Origin: Eledone cirrhosa
Lineage: Eukaryota
DNA: 64,000 nucleotides
Reading direction: 5' to 3'
Assembly (NCBI GenBank): GCA_964016885.1
Contig: OZ024741.1
Span: 405,852,001-405,916,000, forward strand
The position numbers were made by a program, and so were the translations under genes. This document shows positions 1 to 12,513 of this stretch, piece by piece (positions within the stretch are counted from its first letter, which is position 1; every line of letters begins with the position of its first letter). The notes below the pieces were generated by a model. It made no database searches, was not told the origin of the DNA, and saw only the letters and a program-made list of their open reading frames with translations.

Positions 1-935
1 CTACTACATCTCACGGTCTGTTGTATTAAAGTGAGGTCCCCGGGGTCGGAGTTAAGCTTGGTGTGGTTTGTCTCTAGTACATCCCACGGTCTGTTGTATT
101 AGAGTGAGGTCACCCCGGGGTTGGAGTTAAGCTTGGTGTAGTTCGTCTCTACTACATCTCACGGTCTGTTGTATTAAAGTGAGGTCCCCGGGGTCGGAGT
201 TAAGCTTGGTGTGGTTTGTCTCTAGTACATCCCACGGTCTGTTGTATTAGAGTGAGGTCACCCCGGGTTGGAGTTAAGCTTGGTGTAGTTCGTCTCTACT
301 ACATCTCACGGTCTGTTGTATTAAAGTGAGGTCCCCGGGGTCGGAGTTAAGCTTGGTGTGGTTTGTCTCTAGTACATCCCACGGTCTGTTGTATTAGAGT
401 GAGGTCACCCCGGGGTTGGAGTTAAGCTTGGTGTAGTTCGTCTCTACTACATCTCACGGTCTGTTGTATTAAAGTGAGGTCCCCGGGGTCGGAGTTAAGC
501 TTGGTGTGGTTTGTCTCTAGTACATCCCACGGTCTGTTGTATTAGAGTGAGGTCACCCCGGGGTTGGAGTTAAGCTTGGTGTAGTTCGTCTCTACTACAT
601 CTCACGGTCTGTTGTATTAAAGTGAGGTCCCCGGGGTCGGAGTTAAGCTTGGTGTGGTTTGTCTCTAGTACATCCCACGGTCTGTTGTATTAGAGTGAGG
701 TCACCCCGGGGTTGGAGTTAAGCTTGGTGTAGTTCGTCTCTACTACATCTCACGGTCTGTTGTATTAAAGTGAGGTCCCCGGGGTCGGAGTTAAGCTTGG
801 TGTGGTTTGTCTCTAGTACATCCCACGGTCTGTTGTATTAGAGTGAGGTCACCCCGGGGTTGGAGTTAAGCTTGGTGTAGTTCGTCTCTACTACATCCCA
901 CGGTCTGTTGTATTAAAGTGAGGTCCCCAGGTCGG
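1..935. repeat. Tandem satellite, 148-bp dimeric unit (alternating ~73 and ~75 bp subunits), ~6.3 units, runs off the left edge
   Basis: ctactacatctcacggtctgttgtattaaagtgagg recurs at 1, 149, ~296 and onward; subunits alternate ctactacatctc/ctagtacatccc. Confidence 0.95.
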
Positions 936-1029
936 ATTTTCCTTTTTCAATTCCTATCCTCTTTGCTCTATCTTCCATGATAAGTTTCTGTTCTACGTAA
1001 CCCTGTAACCTGTTCTATGTAACCCTGTT

Positions 1030-1166
1030 ATTAAACCGGTGAAGGAACTAAATAAATACTTTTAAAAAGACTCCAGTTGCATTTTCGATTTCATCTTTTT
1101 GCCTTCTATTTTCACTCATGTAGGACATCTCGTTTTTTTTTCATTTTGTAAAAAAACCCTCATTTT

Positions 1167-1170
<4 letters not shown>
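1030..1170 (+). mobile_element. PLE 3' tail fragment ending in (TA)n
   Basis: aaaccggt..aagactccagttgcattttcgatttcatc..cattttgtaaaaaaa matches 11450-11600, the 3' end of the PLE at 8141-11600. Confidence 0.8.
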
Positions 1171-1228
<58 letters not shown>

Positions 1229-1344
1229 TAAATTAGCGAGAATCGTATTTCGGCTTAGGAATTAACGAAAAACAACTTCCGAGATGTATATATATATATA
1301 TACAATATATTAATAAATGAAAACTATATTTATAAAACCATATT

Positions 1345-1410
1345 TATTTTATTATACATATTTCAAGGGCAACCAAGGCAAATTATGGTGCGCTTTCATC
1401 AGATAAAATA
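1345..1410 (-). ncRNA. Type I hammerhead ribozyme
   Basis: Reverse-complement copy of 1640-1705, one substitution in stem II. Confidence 0.75.
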
Positions 1411-1639
1411 CAGATTTGTTTTATAAATAAATATTGACATACCCGGAAAAAAAGAGAACCTTAACGGTTGGAGCTTCCTGGATAGTGGAGATTATATTTT
1501 ATTGAGGGTAATACAAAGTTATGAGTGAGTATGAAAATGAGTGTCCGAAAGTTGAAAAGATAACGGTTTATTTAAATTAAACTGTTGGAAGAAGGTGATA
1601 TGTAAGGGTATGTCAATATTTATTTATAAAACAAATCTG

Positions 1640-1705
1640 TATTTTATCTGATGAAAGTGCACCATAATTTGCCTTGGTTGCCCTTGAAATATGTATAATA
1701 AAATA
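1640..1705 (+). ncRNA. Type I hammerhead ribozyme (minimal stem III)
   Basis: tattttat-CTGATGA-aagtgcacc..ggttgccctt-GAAA-tatgta-TA-ataaaata: 8-bp stem I, interrupted stem II, AUA triplet. Confidence 0.8.
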
Positions 1706-1839
1706 AATATGGTTTTATAAATATAGTTTCCATTTATTAATATATTGTATATTTACTCCACTAATTTGTTGAATGCTTTATATCAGTTATAAACATTTTT
1801 AAGCTTGTTGAATCCCAACAAATTAAATATAACCTCTGC

Positions 1840-1877
<38 letters not shown>

Positions 1878-2304
1878 GTGTGTGTGTGTATGTAAATAGA
1901 ATTCTCTCAAACGGTACAATTTCAGGGAAATATGATGAACTTAAGTTTTCCATAAACAAATGTCTCTGTTCTCCAATGTATTATTTGTACATAAATAAAT
2001 CTTTATATTTCCTATAGGATCAAGTATAATTTCTCAATTTCCTATACACTTGTTGAATAAAATGATTTATAATATCATTTTATGTAAACTGCATTATTGT
2101 TTTCTTTCGGCGTTTACAGAATAAATTCTATAGTTTTTCATATAATTCCCTCTGCAATTAACAAAACAATTTATTCCCAGTGTGTATGTATATGTGGTTT
2201 TTTGTTTTGTTTGTTTTTTTTCCTGAATAAAATTCATATCATAAATCTTCTAAAACAGCTGGGAAATATCACAAATTTCAAACTTGTATTACAGAAGGTA
2301 TATA

Positions 2305-2645
2305 ATTGTTTCTACTTATAGCACAAGGCCAGCAAATACCCAGTACATTACTGGTACTTTATTTTATCGACTCCGTAAGGATGAAAAGCAAAGTTAACCT
2401 CGGCGGGATTTGAACTCAGATCATAAAGGGCCGTAACTCTATGCTGCAAAGCATGGTGTCCGACCCTGTACCGATACTGCCAATCCAGTATATAATTGTT
2501 TCTACTTTTTGGCACAAGACCAACCATTACCCAGTACATTACTGGTACTTTATTTTATCGACCCCATAAGGATGAAGGGCAAAGTTAACCTCGGTGGGAT
2601 TTGAACTCAGACCATAAAGGGCTGTAACTCTATGCGTCAAAGCAA
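2305..2645 (-). mobile_element. Two tandem tRNA-derived SINEs (family A)
   Basis: Reverse complement of the consensus ggcggtggattggcag..gagttcaaatcccgccgaggttaactttgcctttcatcc..gtcgataaaataaagtaccag (A/B boxes plus conserved body). Confidence 0.85.
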
Positions 2646-2717
2646 CTGACTTCAACATACTTCACTAGCATTGCTTGTGAATATCTTCATTTTATTAAAT
2701 TCAATTTGGCTCCTTGT

Positions 2718-3184
2718 CATCTCTCTCTTCCCCCTCTCTCTCTCTCTCCATCTTTATCTTCTCTCTCTCTTCTCTTATCTCACTTTTTCTCTCTTCTCTC
2801 TCTCCTCCCCCTCTCTTGTCTCTCTCCTCCCTCACTCTTGTCTCTCTCTCCCTCTCTCTTGTCTCTCTACCCTTCCTCTCTCTTGTCTCTCTCCTCCCTC
2901 TCTCTTGTCTCTCTCCATCTCTCTTGTCTCTCTCCTCTCTCTCTCTTCCCCCTCTCCTCCCTCTCTCCTCCCTCTCTCCTCCATCTCTCTTGTCTCTCTC
3001 CTCCCTCTCTCTTGTCTCTCTCCTCCCTCTCTCCTCTCACTCTCCTCCCTCCCTCTTGTCTCTCTCCTCCCTCTCTCCTGTCTCTCTCCTCCCTCTCTCT
3101 TGTCTCTCTCCTCCCTCTCTCTTGTCTCTCTCCTCCCTCTCTCTTGTCTCTATCCTCCCTCTCTCTTGTCTCTCTCCTCCCCCT
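2718..3184. repeat. CT-rich minisatellite, ~22-bp unit ctcctccctctctcttgtctct
   Basis: Direct tandem periodicity; the overlapping L/S/P-rich ORFs are artefacts. Confidence 0.9.
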
Positions 3185-3261
3185 AAAAGTTTCAAATGAA
3201 TCACGAGACATCTTAAAGCACGAGAAATGATATACTCTAGTAGTGACACCTCAGAAACTCA

Positions 3262-3835
3262 TAGTAATATATATAATGTAGCAGTATATAACATGTAGCA
3301 GTATAGATCATGTAGCAGTATGTATCATGTAGCAGTATATAACACGTAGCAGCATACAACATGTAACAGTATATACCATGTGATAGTATACAACATGTAG
3401 CGATATATAACATGTAACAGTATACATCATGTAGCAGTATAAAGCATGTAGCAGCATATAACATGTAGCGGTATATAACATGCAGTAGTATATAGCATGC
3501 AGTAGTATATAACATGTAGCAGTATATAACATGTAGTAGTATATAACATGTAACAGTATATAATATGTAGTGGTATATATCACGTAGCAGTATATAACAT
3601 GTAGCACTATATAACATACAACCGTGTGTAACATGTAGCAGTAATTAACATATGGCTGTATATAACATGTAGCAGTATATCACATGTAGCAGTATATGTC
3701 ATGTATCAGTATATATCATGTAGCAGTATATAACATGTAGTAGTATATATAACATGTAGCGGTATATAATATGTAACAGTATATACCATGTAGTAGTATA
3801 TATATCATGTAGCGGTATATAACATGTAGCAGTGA
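3262..3835. repeat. 17-bp minisatellite atgtagcagtatataac
   Basis: About 30 degenerate tandem copies. Confidence 0.9.
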
Positions 3836-3869
3836 TGCCGTCTAAATACACTGACGGCGTATATACTAT

Positions 3870-4010
3870 AATTGTTTCTACTTTAGGCACAAGGCCAGCA
3901 ATTACCCAGTGCATTACTGGTACTTTATTTTTATCGACCCCGTAAGGATGAAAGGCAAAGTCAACCTCGGCGGGATTTGAACTCAGATCGTAAAGAGACG
4001 TAACTATGCT
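3870..4010 (-). mobile_element. SINE family A, 5'-truncated
   Basis: actggtactttatttttatcgaccccgtaaggatgaaaggcaaagtcaacctcggcgggatttgaactcag. Confidence 0.85.
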
Positions 4011-4079
4011 GGAAAGACAGAGAAACACGTTTTAACATTCTATTAACTTGGATGCTTCACACTTTCGGACTATATAACC

Positions 4080-4272
4080 TGGGAGAGAATGGTGGAGAAT
4101 ATGGGAGAATAGCGGAGAATGGCGGAGAACAGCGGAGAATGGCGGAGAATGGCGGAGAATAGGGGAGGATAGGGGAGACTGGCGGAGAATGGCGGGGAAT
4201 TGGGGGAGAATGGCGGTAAATGGCGGAGAATGGCGGAGAATGGCGGAGAATAGCGGAGAATGGCGGAGAATA
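4080..4272. repeat. 10-bp tandem repeat ggcggagaat
   Basis: About 19 copies. Confidence 0.9.
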
Positions 4273-4274
4273 CT

Positions 4275-7200
4275 GGGGGGTGAAAGGTGACGACAGAATG
4301 GTGGTCAGCACTGAGGTGAGGTGGTATGTGGTGGAGGTGAAAGGTGGTGACACTGACGTGAGGTGGTGTGGTGGAGGTGAAGGGTGGTGACACTGAGGTG
4401 AGGTGGTGTGGTGGAGGTGAAGGGTGGTGACACTGAGGTGAGGTGGTGTGGTGGAGGTGAAGGGTGGTGACACTGAGGTGGTGTGGTGGAGGTGAAGGGT
4501 GGTGACACTGAGGTGAGGTGGTGTGGCGGAGGTGAAGGATGGTGACACAGAGGTGGTGTGGTGGAGGTGAAGGGTGGTGACACTGACGTGAGGTGGTGTG
4601 GTGGAGGTGAAGGGTGGTGACACTGAGGTGAGGTGGTGTGGTGGAGGTGAAGGGTGGTGACACTGAGGTGAGGTGGTGTGGTGGAGGTGAAGGGTGGTGA
4701 CACTGAGGTGAGGTGGTGTGGCGGAGGTGAAGTGTGGTGACAATGAGGTGGTGTGTGGCGGAGGTGAAGGGTGGTGACACTGAGGTTGTGTGTGGGGGAG
4801 GCGAAGGGTGGTGACACTGAGGTGGTGTGGCGGAGGTGAAGGGTGGTGACACTGAGGTGGTGTGGTGTGGCGGAGGTAAAGGGTTGTGACTCTGAGGTGG
4901 TGTGGCGGAGGTAAAGGGTGGTGACACTGAGGTGGTGTGGTGGAGGTGAAGGGTGGTGAAACTGAGGTTGTGTGTGGCGGAGGTGAAGGGTGGTGACACT
5001 GAGGTTTGGTGGTGTGGTGGAGGTGAAGGGTGGTGACACTGAGGTGAGGTGGTGTGGCGGAGGTGAAGGGTGGTGACACTGATGTGAGGTGGTGTGTGGC
5101 AGAGGTGAAGGGTGGTGACACTGAGGTGGTGTGGTGGAGGTGAAGGGTGGTGACACTGAGGTGAGGTGGTGTGGCGGAGGTGAAGGGTGGTGACACTGAG
5201 GTGAGGTGGTGTGGCGGAGGTGATGGATGGTGACAGTCAGGTGTGGTGGTGTGGCGGAGGTGAAGGGTGGTGACACTGAGGTGAGGTGGTGTGGCGGAGG
5301 TGATGGATGGTGACAGTCAGGTGTGGTGGTGTGGCGGAGGTGAAGGGTGGTGACACTGAGGTGTGGTGGTGTGGCGGAGGTGATGGATGGTGACAGTCAG
5401 GTGTGGTGGTGTGGCGGAGGTGAAGGGTGGTGACACTGAGGTGAGGTGGTGTGGCGGAGGTGATGGATGGTGACAGTCAGGTGTGGTGGTGTGGCGGAGG
5501 TGAAGGGTGGTGACACTGAGGTGTGGTGGTGTGGCGGAGGTGATGGATGGTGACAGTCAGGTGTGGTGGTGTGGCGGAGGTGAAGGGTGGTGACACTGAG
5601 GTGGTCTGTGGCGTAGGTGAAGGGTGGAGACACTGAGGTGAGATGGTGTGGCGGAGGTGAAGGGTGGTGACACTGACCTGAGGTGGTGTGGCGGAGGTGA
5701 AGGGTGGTGATACTGAGGTGTGATGTTGTGGCGGAGGAGAAGGGTGGTTTCACAGAGATAATGTGGTCTGTGGCGGAGGTGAAGGGTGTTGACACTGAGG
5801 TGAGGTGGTGTGGCGGAGGTGAAGGGTGGTGACACAGAGATAATGTGGTCTGTGGCGGAGGTGAAGGGTGTTGACACTGAGGTGAGTTGGTGTGGCGGAG
5901 GTGAAGGGTGGTGACAGTGAGATGAGGTGGTGTGGCGGAGGTGAAGGGTGGTGACACAGAGATAATGTGGTCTGTGGCGGAGGTGAAGGGTGTTGACACT
6001 GAGGTGAGGTGGTGTGGCGGAGGTGAAGGGTGGTGACAGTGAGGTGAGGTGGTGTGGCGGAGGTGAAGGGTGGTGACACTGAGGTGAGGTGGTGTGGCTG
6101 AGGTGAAGGGTGGTGACACTGAGGTGGTGTGGTGGAGGTGAAGGGTGGTGACACTGAGGTGAGGTGGTGTGGCGGAGGTGAAGGGTGGTGACACTGAGGT
6201 GAGGTGTTATGTGGCGGAGGTGAAGAGTGGTAACAATGAAGTGAGGTGGTGTGGCGGAGGTGAAGGGTGGTGACACTGAGGTGAGCTGGTGTGGCGGAGG
6301 TGATGGATGGTGACAGTGAGGTGGTGTGGCGGAGGTGATGGGTTGTGACACTGAGGTGAGGTGGTGTGGCGGAGGTGAAGGTTGGTGACAGTGAGGTGGT
6401 GTGGCGGAGGTGAAGGGTGGTGACACTGACCTGAGGTGGTGCGGCGGAAGTGAAGGGTGGTGACACTGAGGTGAGGTGGTGTGGCAGAGGTGAAGGGTGG
6501 TGACACTGAGGTGAGATGGTGTGGCGGAGGTGAAGGGTGGTGATACTGAGGTGTGATGTTGTGGCGGAGGAGAAGGGTGGTTTCACAGAGATAATGTGGT
6601 CTGTGGCGGAGGTGAAGGGTGTTGACACTGAGGTGAGGTGGTGTGGCGGAGGTGAAGGGTGGTGACACAGAGATGAAGGTTGGTGACAGTGAGGTGGTGT
6701 GGCGGAGGTGAAGGGTGGTGACACTGAGGTGCTGTGGAGGAGGTGAGGGTGGTGAAACTGAGGTGAGGTGCTGTGGCGGAGGTGAAGGGTGGTGACACTG
6801 AGGTGAGGTGGTGTGGCGGAGGTGAAGGGTGGTGACACTGAGATGAGGTGGTGTGTGGCGGAGGTAAAGGGTGGTGACACTGAGGTGATGTGGTGTGTGG
6901 TGGAGGTGAAGGGTGGTGACACTGAGGTGAGGTTGTGTGTGGCGGAGGTGAAGGGTGGTGACACTCACGTGAGGTGGTGTGGCGGAGGTGAAGGATGGTG
7001 ACACTGAGGTGAGGTGGTGTGGCGGAGGTGAAGGGTGGTGACACTGAGGTGAGGTGGTGTGGCGGAGGTGAAGGGTGGTGACAGTGAAGTGAGGTGGTGT
7101 TGCGGAGGTGAAGGATTGTGACACTGAGGTGGTGTGGTGGAGGTGAAGGGTGGTGACACTGAGGTGGTGTGGCGGAGGTGAAGGGTGGTGACACTCAGGT

Positions 7201-7388
7201 GAGGTGGTGTGGCGGAGGTGAAGGGTGGTTACACTGAGGTGGTGTGGTGGAGGTGAAGGGTGGTGACACTGAGGTGAGCTGATGTGATGGCGGTGAAGGG
7301 TGGTGACAGTGAGGTGAGGTGGTGTTGCGGGGGTGAAGGATGGTGACACTGAGGTTGTGTGGTGGAGGTGAAGGGTGGTGACACTGCG
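4275..7388. repeat. G-rich minisatellite, 35/40-bp unit ggtgtggcggaggtgaagggtggtgacactgaggt(gaggt)
   Basis: About 3.1 kb of variant units; the H/P/S/T-rich minus-strand ORFs are artefacts. Confidence 0.95.
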
Positions 7389-7392
7389 GTGT

Positions 7393-7781
7393 CTATTCCT
7401 ACCATTCCCTGGTGCAGTATTTTAGACACCCCACTGTCTCCAGGGAAGAATTTAGACCACAAATAGCCACTAAAGACTATATTTAGACCACAAATAGTCA
7501 CTAAAGACTATATTTAGACCACAAATAGTCACTAAAGATTATATTTAGACCACAAATAGCCACTAAAGACTATATTTAGACCACAAATACCCACTAAAAA
7601 CTATATTTAGACCACAAATAGCCACTAAAGACTCTCTGTATCCTTTTAAGTGCTACTCTCTTGTGTTGTCTTTGTGGAGTATTGAAGCTCCGAGTAACAA
7701 TATAACTTGAAGGAACATATCTATTCCTACCATTCCCTGGTGCAGTATTTTAGACACCCCACTGTCTCCAGGGAAGAATTA
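7393..7781. repeat. 31-bp tandem array (~7451-7632) bracketed by ~60-bp direct repeats
   Basis: tttagaccacaaatagccactaaagactata x~6; ctattcctaccattccctggtgcagtattttagacaccccactgtctccagggaagaatt at ~7393 and ~7721. Confidence 0.85.
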
Positions 7782-8026
7782 CTGCCGTGAATGTAATATT
7801 GATTATTGAACTTAACGGTTTGTCGTTTCTTCTTACAGAAGTCAATTACCTGTGTTTTATATCATACAAATTGTCTTATGTGTAACCACCTGTCTCACGT
7901 CCCCTGTGTCGCCTCAATGTCAACCACCATTCAGTCATCACCACCCTTCACCTCCCAAAGTATAACAATATCGGTTTCAACACACGTTTTTCAGATAAAG
8001 AATCTTGCTAAACAAATTCAGAAACG

Positions 8027-8140
<114 letters not shown>

Positions 8141-11100
8141 CATTATCCATGAAGTAAAAAAACAATACGGACATTATAATTACGGAAGCTGACAAGGGAA
8201 GTACTGTTGTCATTATGGAGGCTGAAAAATATAAAAATTCTATGTTCTCTCTCTTACAAAATACTAGTACTATGAAAGAGTAAAAAACTACCAGCAATCA
8301 AAAACAATGACCAGATTAAACACACTGATTTATCGATACCAGGAAGAGCTAAATAAAAAGGAACGCGATTATTTAACACATTTTGAATACAAAACCAGCA
8401 ACTTTTACGGACTTCCGAAGATCCACAAGTGTAAAATAATTAACGATGCCTGTAAATAATCTACCTCAGCCTGCGTGAACACACAATACCCCACAAACCT
8501 TAAATTAAGACCAATTGTAGCGGGCCCACAATGTGAAACACACAGACTGAGCAACCTTATAGACATACAACTAAAACCAAATCTCAAACACATACCAAGC
8601 CTTGTAAGAGACGATCTGGACCTCTTAAACCACCTCCCCAAATAACGACACTATTATTGTGTCTTTCGATGTAGTGAATCTCTACACAGCGATCCCACAC
8701 CAATACGGACTAGAAGCAACAGGATTCTGGCTAGAGAAATATCCCAATGAGATACCTGGCAGAATAGAAAAAAGCTTCATCACCGAGGGATTAAAATTCA
8801 TCTTACAGAACAACTTTTTTGATTTCGATGGCAGTACTTACAAGCAAATATCGGGGACTGCGATGGGTACAAAAGCCGCTCCAACTTATGCCAACTTAGT
8901 CATGGCATACTTAGAAGTCCAGATATATGAACAGTCCAAATCAAAATACGGATTGAACTTCCACAAATATTTATCAGAGAATTGGAAACGCTACTTGGAT
9001 GATTGTCTCATTCTTTGGTCCCACACACTCGACCAACTGAAGGATTTCAAAAACTTAATAAACGGCATCAATAACCACATCTAATTCACAATGGAATACA
9101 GCCAAGATCAACTCCCATTTCTGGACATCTTAATCTTTAAAAAAAGACACAAATATTGAAACTGACATACACTATAAACCAACAGATTCCAAACAATACC
9201 TGCTATTCACCTCCAACCATCCAAAGCACACGAAGACGAAAATTCCTTTTGACCTAGCAAGAAGAATTTGCACAATTGTCTCCAATTATGAAACGCGAAA
9301 TAAAATACTTCAAGAATTAAAGGAAATTCTACTCGAAAGAGAGTACCCACCATTACTAATAAATAATGGAATAGAAAGGGCTAAAGCAATAGGCATTGAT
9401 GAATTACGAAAACAGAAACAAATTCAAGGTACGTCCAATATTCTATCATATATCTCAACACACAACCCAAGAAATGCGGAAGCTTACAACACTATTCACA
9501 AGAACATCCCACTACTAAAACAAAACCCAAGAATGAAAAAAGCCCTTGAAACACACAAAATAATCAAAAGCAAAACCGAAATCACTGAAAACATTACTCA
9601 CCAATCCCAAATTACCTACCACAAACCCACAACCAACTGTCAAAAAATGTGGTGGCTCTAATTGTGGAACCTGCACTCACCTCATTGAAGGCAACACGTA
9701 TACATTTAAATCAGGACAAAATTTTGCTGTAAAAAATCACTTCACTTGCTCATCAAAAAATCTAATTTATGCCATTAAATGTAAAGGATGCAATGAAGAT
9801 TATATAGGGTAAACTAAACTCACACTCAGAAACAGAATGACAGTTCATCGCCAACAATTAAGAGATCCAACCATGAGACAGATACCACTAAGCGCACATC
9901 TAGACATATGCGCAAGTAATAAGACACCCAAATTCTAAGTCTTTCCATTTTACCTTTGCGCTAACAATACAACAGAACAAATACGAATAAATAAGGAAAA
10001 TATGTTTATTCAAAAATATAGACCAGCATTAAATATGGTTTAATATACATTATGTCAACACCATAACATGCTAACCATCCAAACAGACACATACACATAC
10101 ACACACATAACACCTGCTACTTTAGAAAATAAAAACCCGAACTAAATAAACCTTAACATACGTTTGCGCTGACAATACAACAGAACAAATACGAATAAGG
10201 AAAATATGTTCATTCAAAAATATTCCTACTAAAGGAATCATTTTCCTACACACACACACACACACACAATATATATATATATATTCTCTTCATCTTAACA
10301 TGCTAACCATACTCCCACACACATACCCCCCCCCCCCACACACACACAACTCGCTCCCCCATTTCTACTAATAGAATCACTTTCCTACACACATATATAC
10401 ACACACACAAAATATATATAATTTCTCCATCTTAACATACTCCCCCCCCCACACACATAACACCCTTATACACACACACACAACTCCCTCCCCCATTTCT
10501 ACTAATAGAATCATCTTCCAATACACACACACACACACACACACAAGCACACAAATAAACATACACATCTTTACTTTCTTTACTTCAATAGAAAATCTGA
10601 ATTCTGACACCCCAGCGAACTAACCATATTCACTGAACCAGAACAATTCTCCCATCCAATTTCTCTTGACCCTTATCTTTTGCTTCTCATAAAATTCTCT
10701 AAAAAGGCTACAGAATAGATTTCCAAATAAGGGCGCGAAAATTTAATGAAAACTTGTTCACGTGTCAGCCATAATTTAATTTATAACCAATCAAATTACG
10801 TTTATTAAAAAAAAGCCATCGTGAGCCCCTTTTTTTAAGTAAAAAGAAATTCAAACACACCCACACAACACACACACACACACACACACACGCGCACACA
10901 CAAGCGCACAAATAAACATATATATCTTTACTTTCTTTATTCAATAGAAAATCTGAATTCTGACACCCCAGCGAACTAACCATATTCACTGAACCAGAAC
11001 AATTCTACCATCCAATTTCTCTTGACCCTTATCTTTTACTTGTCATAACATTCTCTAAAAAGGCTACAGAATAGATTTCCAAATAAGGGCGCGAAAATTT

Positions 11101-11592
11101 AATGAAAACTTGTTCACGTGACAACCATAATTTCATTTATAATCAATCAAATTACGTTTATTAAAAAAAAAGCCTTCGTGAGCGCCTTTTTAAAGTAAAA
11201 AGAAATTCAAATACTCATATATGAAAAAACAACCTGTGCCCCCACCCCTCGTTTGAAGAACTTTGTAACGCGAACTGGCGCGAAATTTATTATAATTATT
11301 GATCAACCAATCAAATTACTTTTCTAAAAACCTGGCATTTCGAGCCACTTTTTTCCATATAAAACAAGTAACATTCAGAGACCAACCAGACGTGAGAAAA
11401 ACCACAGACCCTCTATCTCAACTCTACTTTTGAAAAGCAGAAGAACTGCGAAACCGGTAAAGGAACCAAATACATATATATATATTTTTAAAAATAAGAC
11501 TCCAGTTGCATTTTCGATTTCATCTTTTTTCTTTATACTTTCACTCGTGTAGGACACCTCGGTTATTTTTCATTTTGTAAAAAAAACCTCAC

Positions 11593-11600
<8 letters not shown>
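8141..11600 (+). mobile_element. Penelope-like retroelement (probably Neptune-like), 5'-truncated and degenerate, flanked by (TA)n
   Basis: Degenerate RT/GIY-YIG ORF to ~10043, then a 3' region with internal duplications (~10545-10860 / ~10905-11210) and a decayed HHR at 11427-11462. Confidence 0.9.
8170..10043 (+). pseudogene. PLE reverse transcriptase + GIY-YIG endonuclease, with frameshifts and stops
   Basis: [64 protein letters not shown]; Cys motif CGGSNCGTC; LIYAIKCKGCNEDYIG*T..RMTVH; ends RPALNMV*. Confidence 0.9.
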
Positions 11601-11658
<58 letters not shown>

Positions 11659-11758
11659 GTGAGGTTTCTTTTACAAAATGAAAAATAACCGAGGTGTCCT
11701 ACACGAGTGAAAGTATAGAGAAAAAAGATGAAATCGAAAATGCAACTGGAGTCTTATT

Positions 11759-11760
<2 letters not shown>
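11491..11760. repeat. 270-bp near-perfect palindrome centred on (AT)n
   Basis: 11491-11600 is the reverse complement of 11651-11760. Confidence 0.9.
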
Positions 11761-11830
<70 letters not shown>

Positions 11831-11974
11831 CGGGTGATATGGCGCATGACTTTCTGGCATGAAGCCCATAATTTTGATTTGGATTAAATTCATTTGATTT
11901 ATCTTAATTTTGGATATAGAAATATAAATACGGCTCCTTAATTGTAGAGCTAACTCTGTTGAAAGGACTCGACT

Positions 11975-12348
11975 GCTGTTTCTAGATGTCGATAACCCTA
12001 TTCACGCCACTGGGACGAAGCTAGTATGATGTGTGTATTTCTAGTAGATATAGCACGTGTTGCTGGCCAGTCGCTGATTTGAACTTGAATTGTAAACACG
12101 GATCGCTGGAACTTCTTCCTTGTTGAAAATCCAGGTATCCACTTCCCTGGTTTACCTTGCGATTAATTGGTGAAATATATTTTTTTAATAGAATATATAC
12201 AGGGAAGTTTAATCATATTATAAGGTATCTATTTTTGAAGATCTGATCAACTTTATTTAGTTACCTACCTAGCTATGTGTGGTTACACACTTGTAAAAAT
12301 TATCTCCTGTGATTATTCATGTTTATTTATATGTTAATCAATTTCTAG

Positions 12349-12350
<2 letters not shown>
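11975..12350. repeat. Dispersed (TA)n-terminated repeat; second copy at ~45362-45752
   Basis: Shared blocks ctattcacgccactggga, gattaat.ggtgaaatatattt, aaggtatctat.tttgaag, cctgtgatt.ttcatgt. Confidence 0.7.
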
Positions 12351-12412
<62 letters not shown>

Positions 12413-12442
12413 AGATCAAAAGATGGTTAAAGGAGTTCCATG

Positions 12443-12513
12443 TATTTTATTATGCTCATTTCAAAAACAAACATCATCATGCAATAATATTTGTGTTTTC
12501 ATCAGATAAAACA
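12443..12513 (-). ncRNA. Type I hammerhead ribozyme
   Basis: Reverse-complement copy of 14845-14915; stem III reads tgagca. Confidence 0.72.

Larger units (their letters stand above)
1298..1752. mobile_element. Inverted-repeat element (arms ~1298-1444 and ~1606-1752) with an HHR in each arm
   Basis: The ~147-bp arms are reverse complements; the left arm abuts (TA)n. Confidence 0.9.

Noticed and set aside
2671-7501. Many 100-400 aa low-complexity ORFs
   Set aside because: Open in several frames because they are translated minisatellites.
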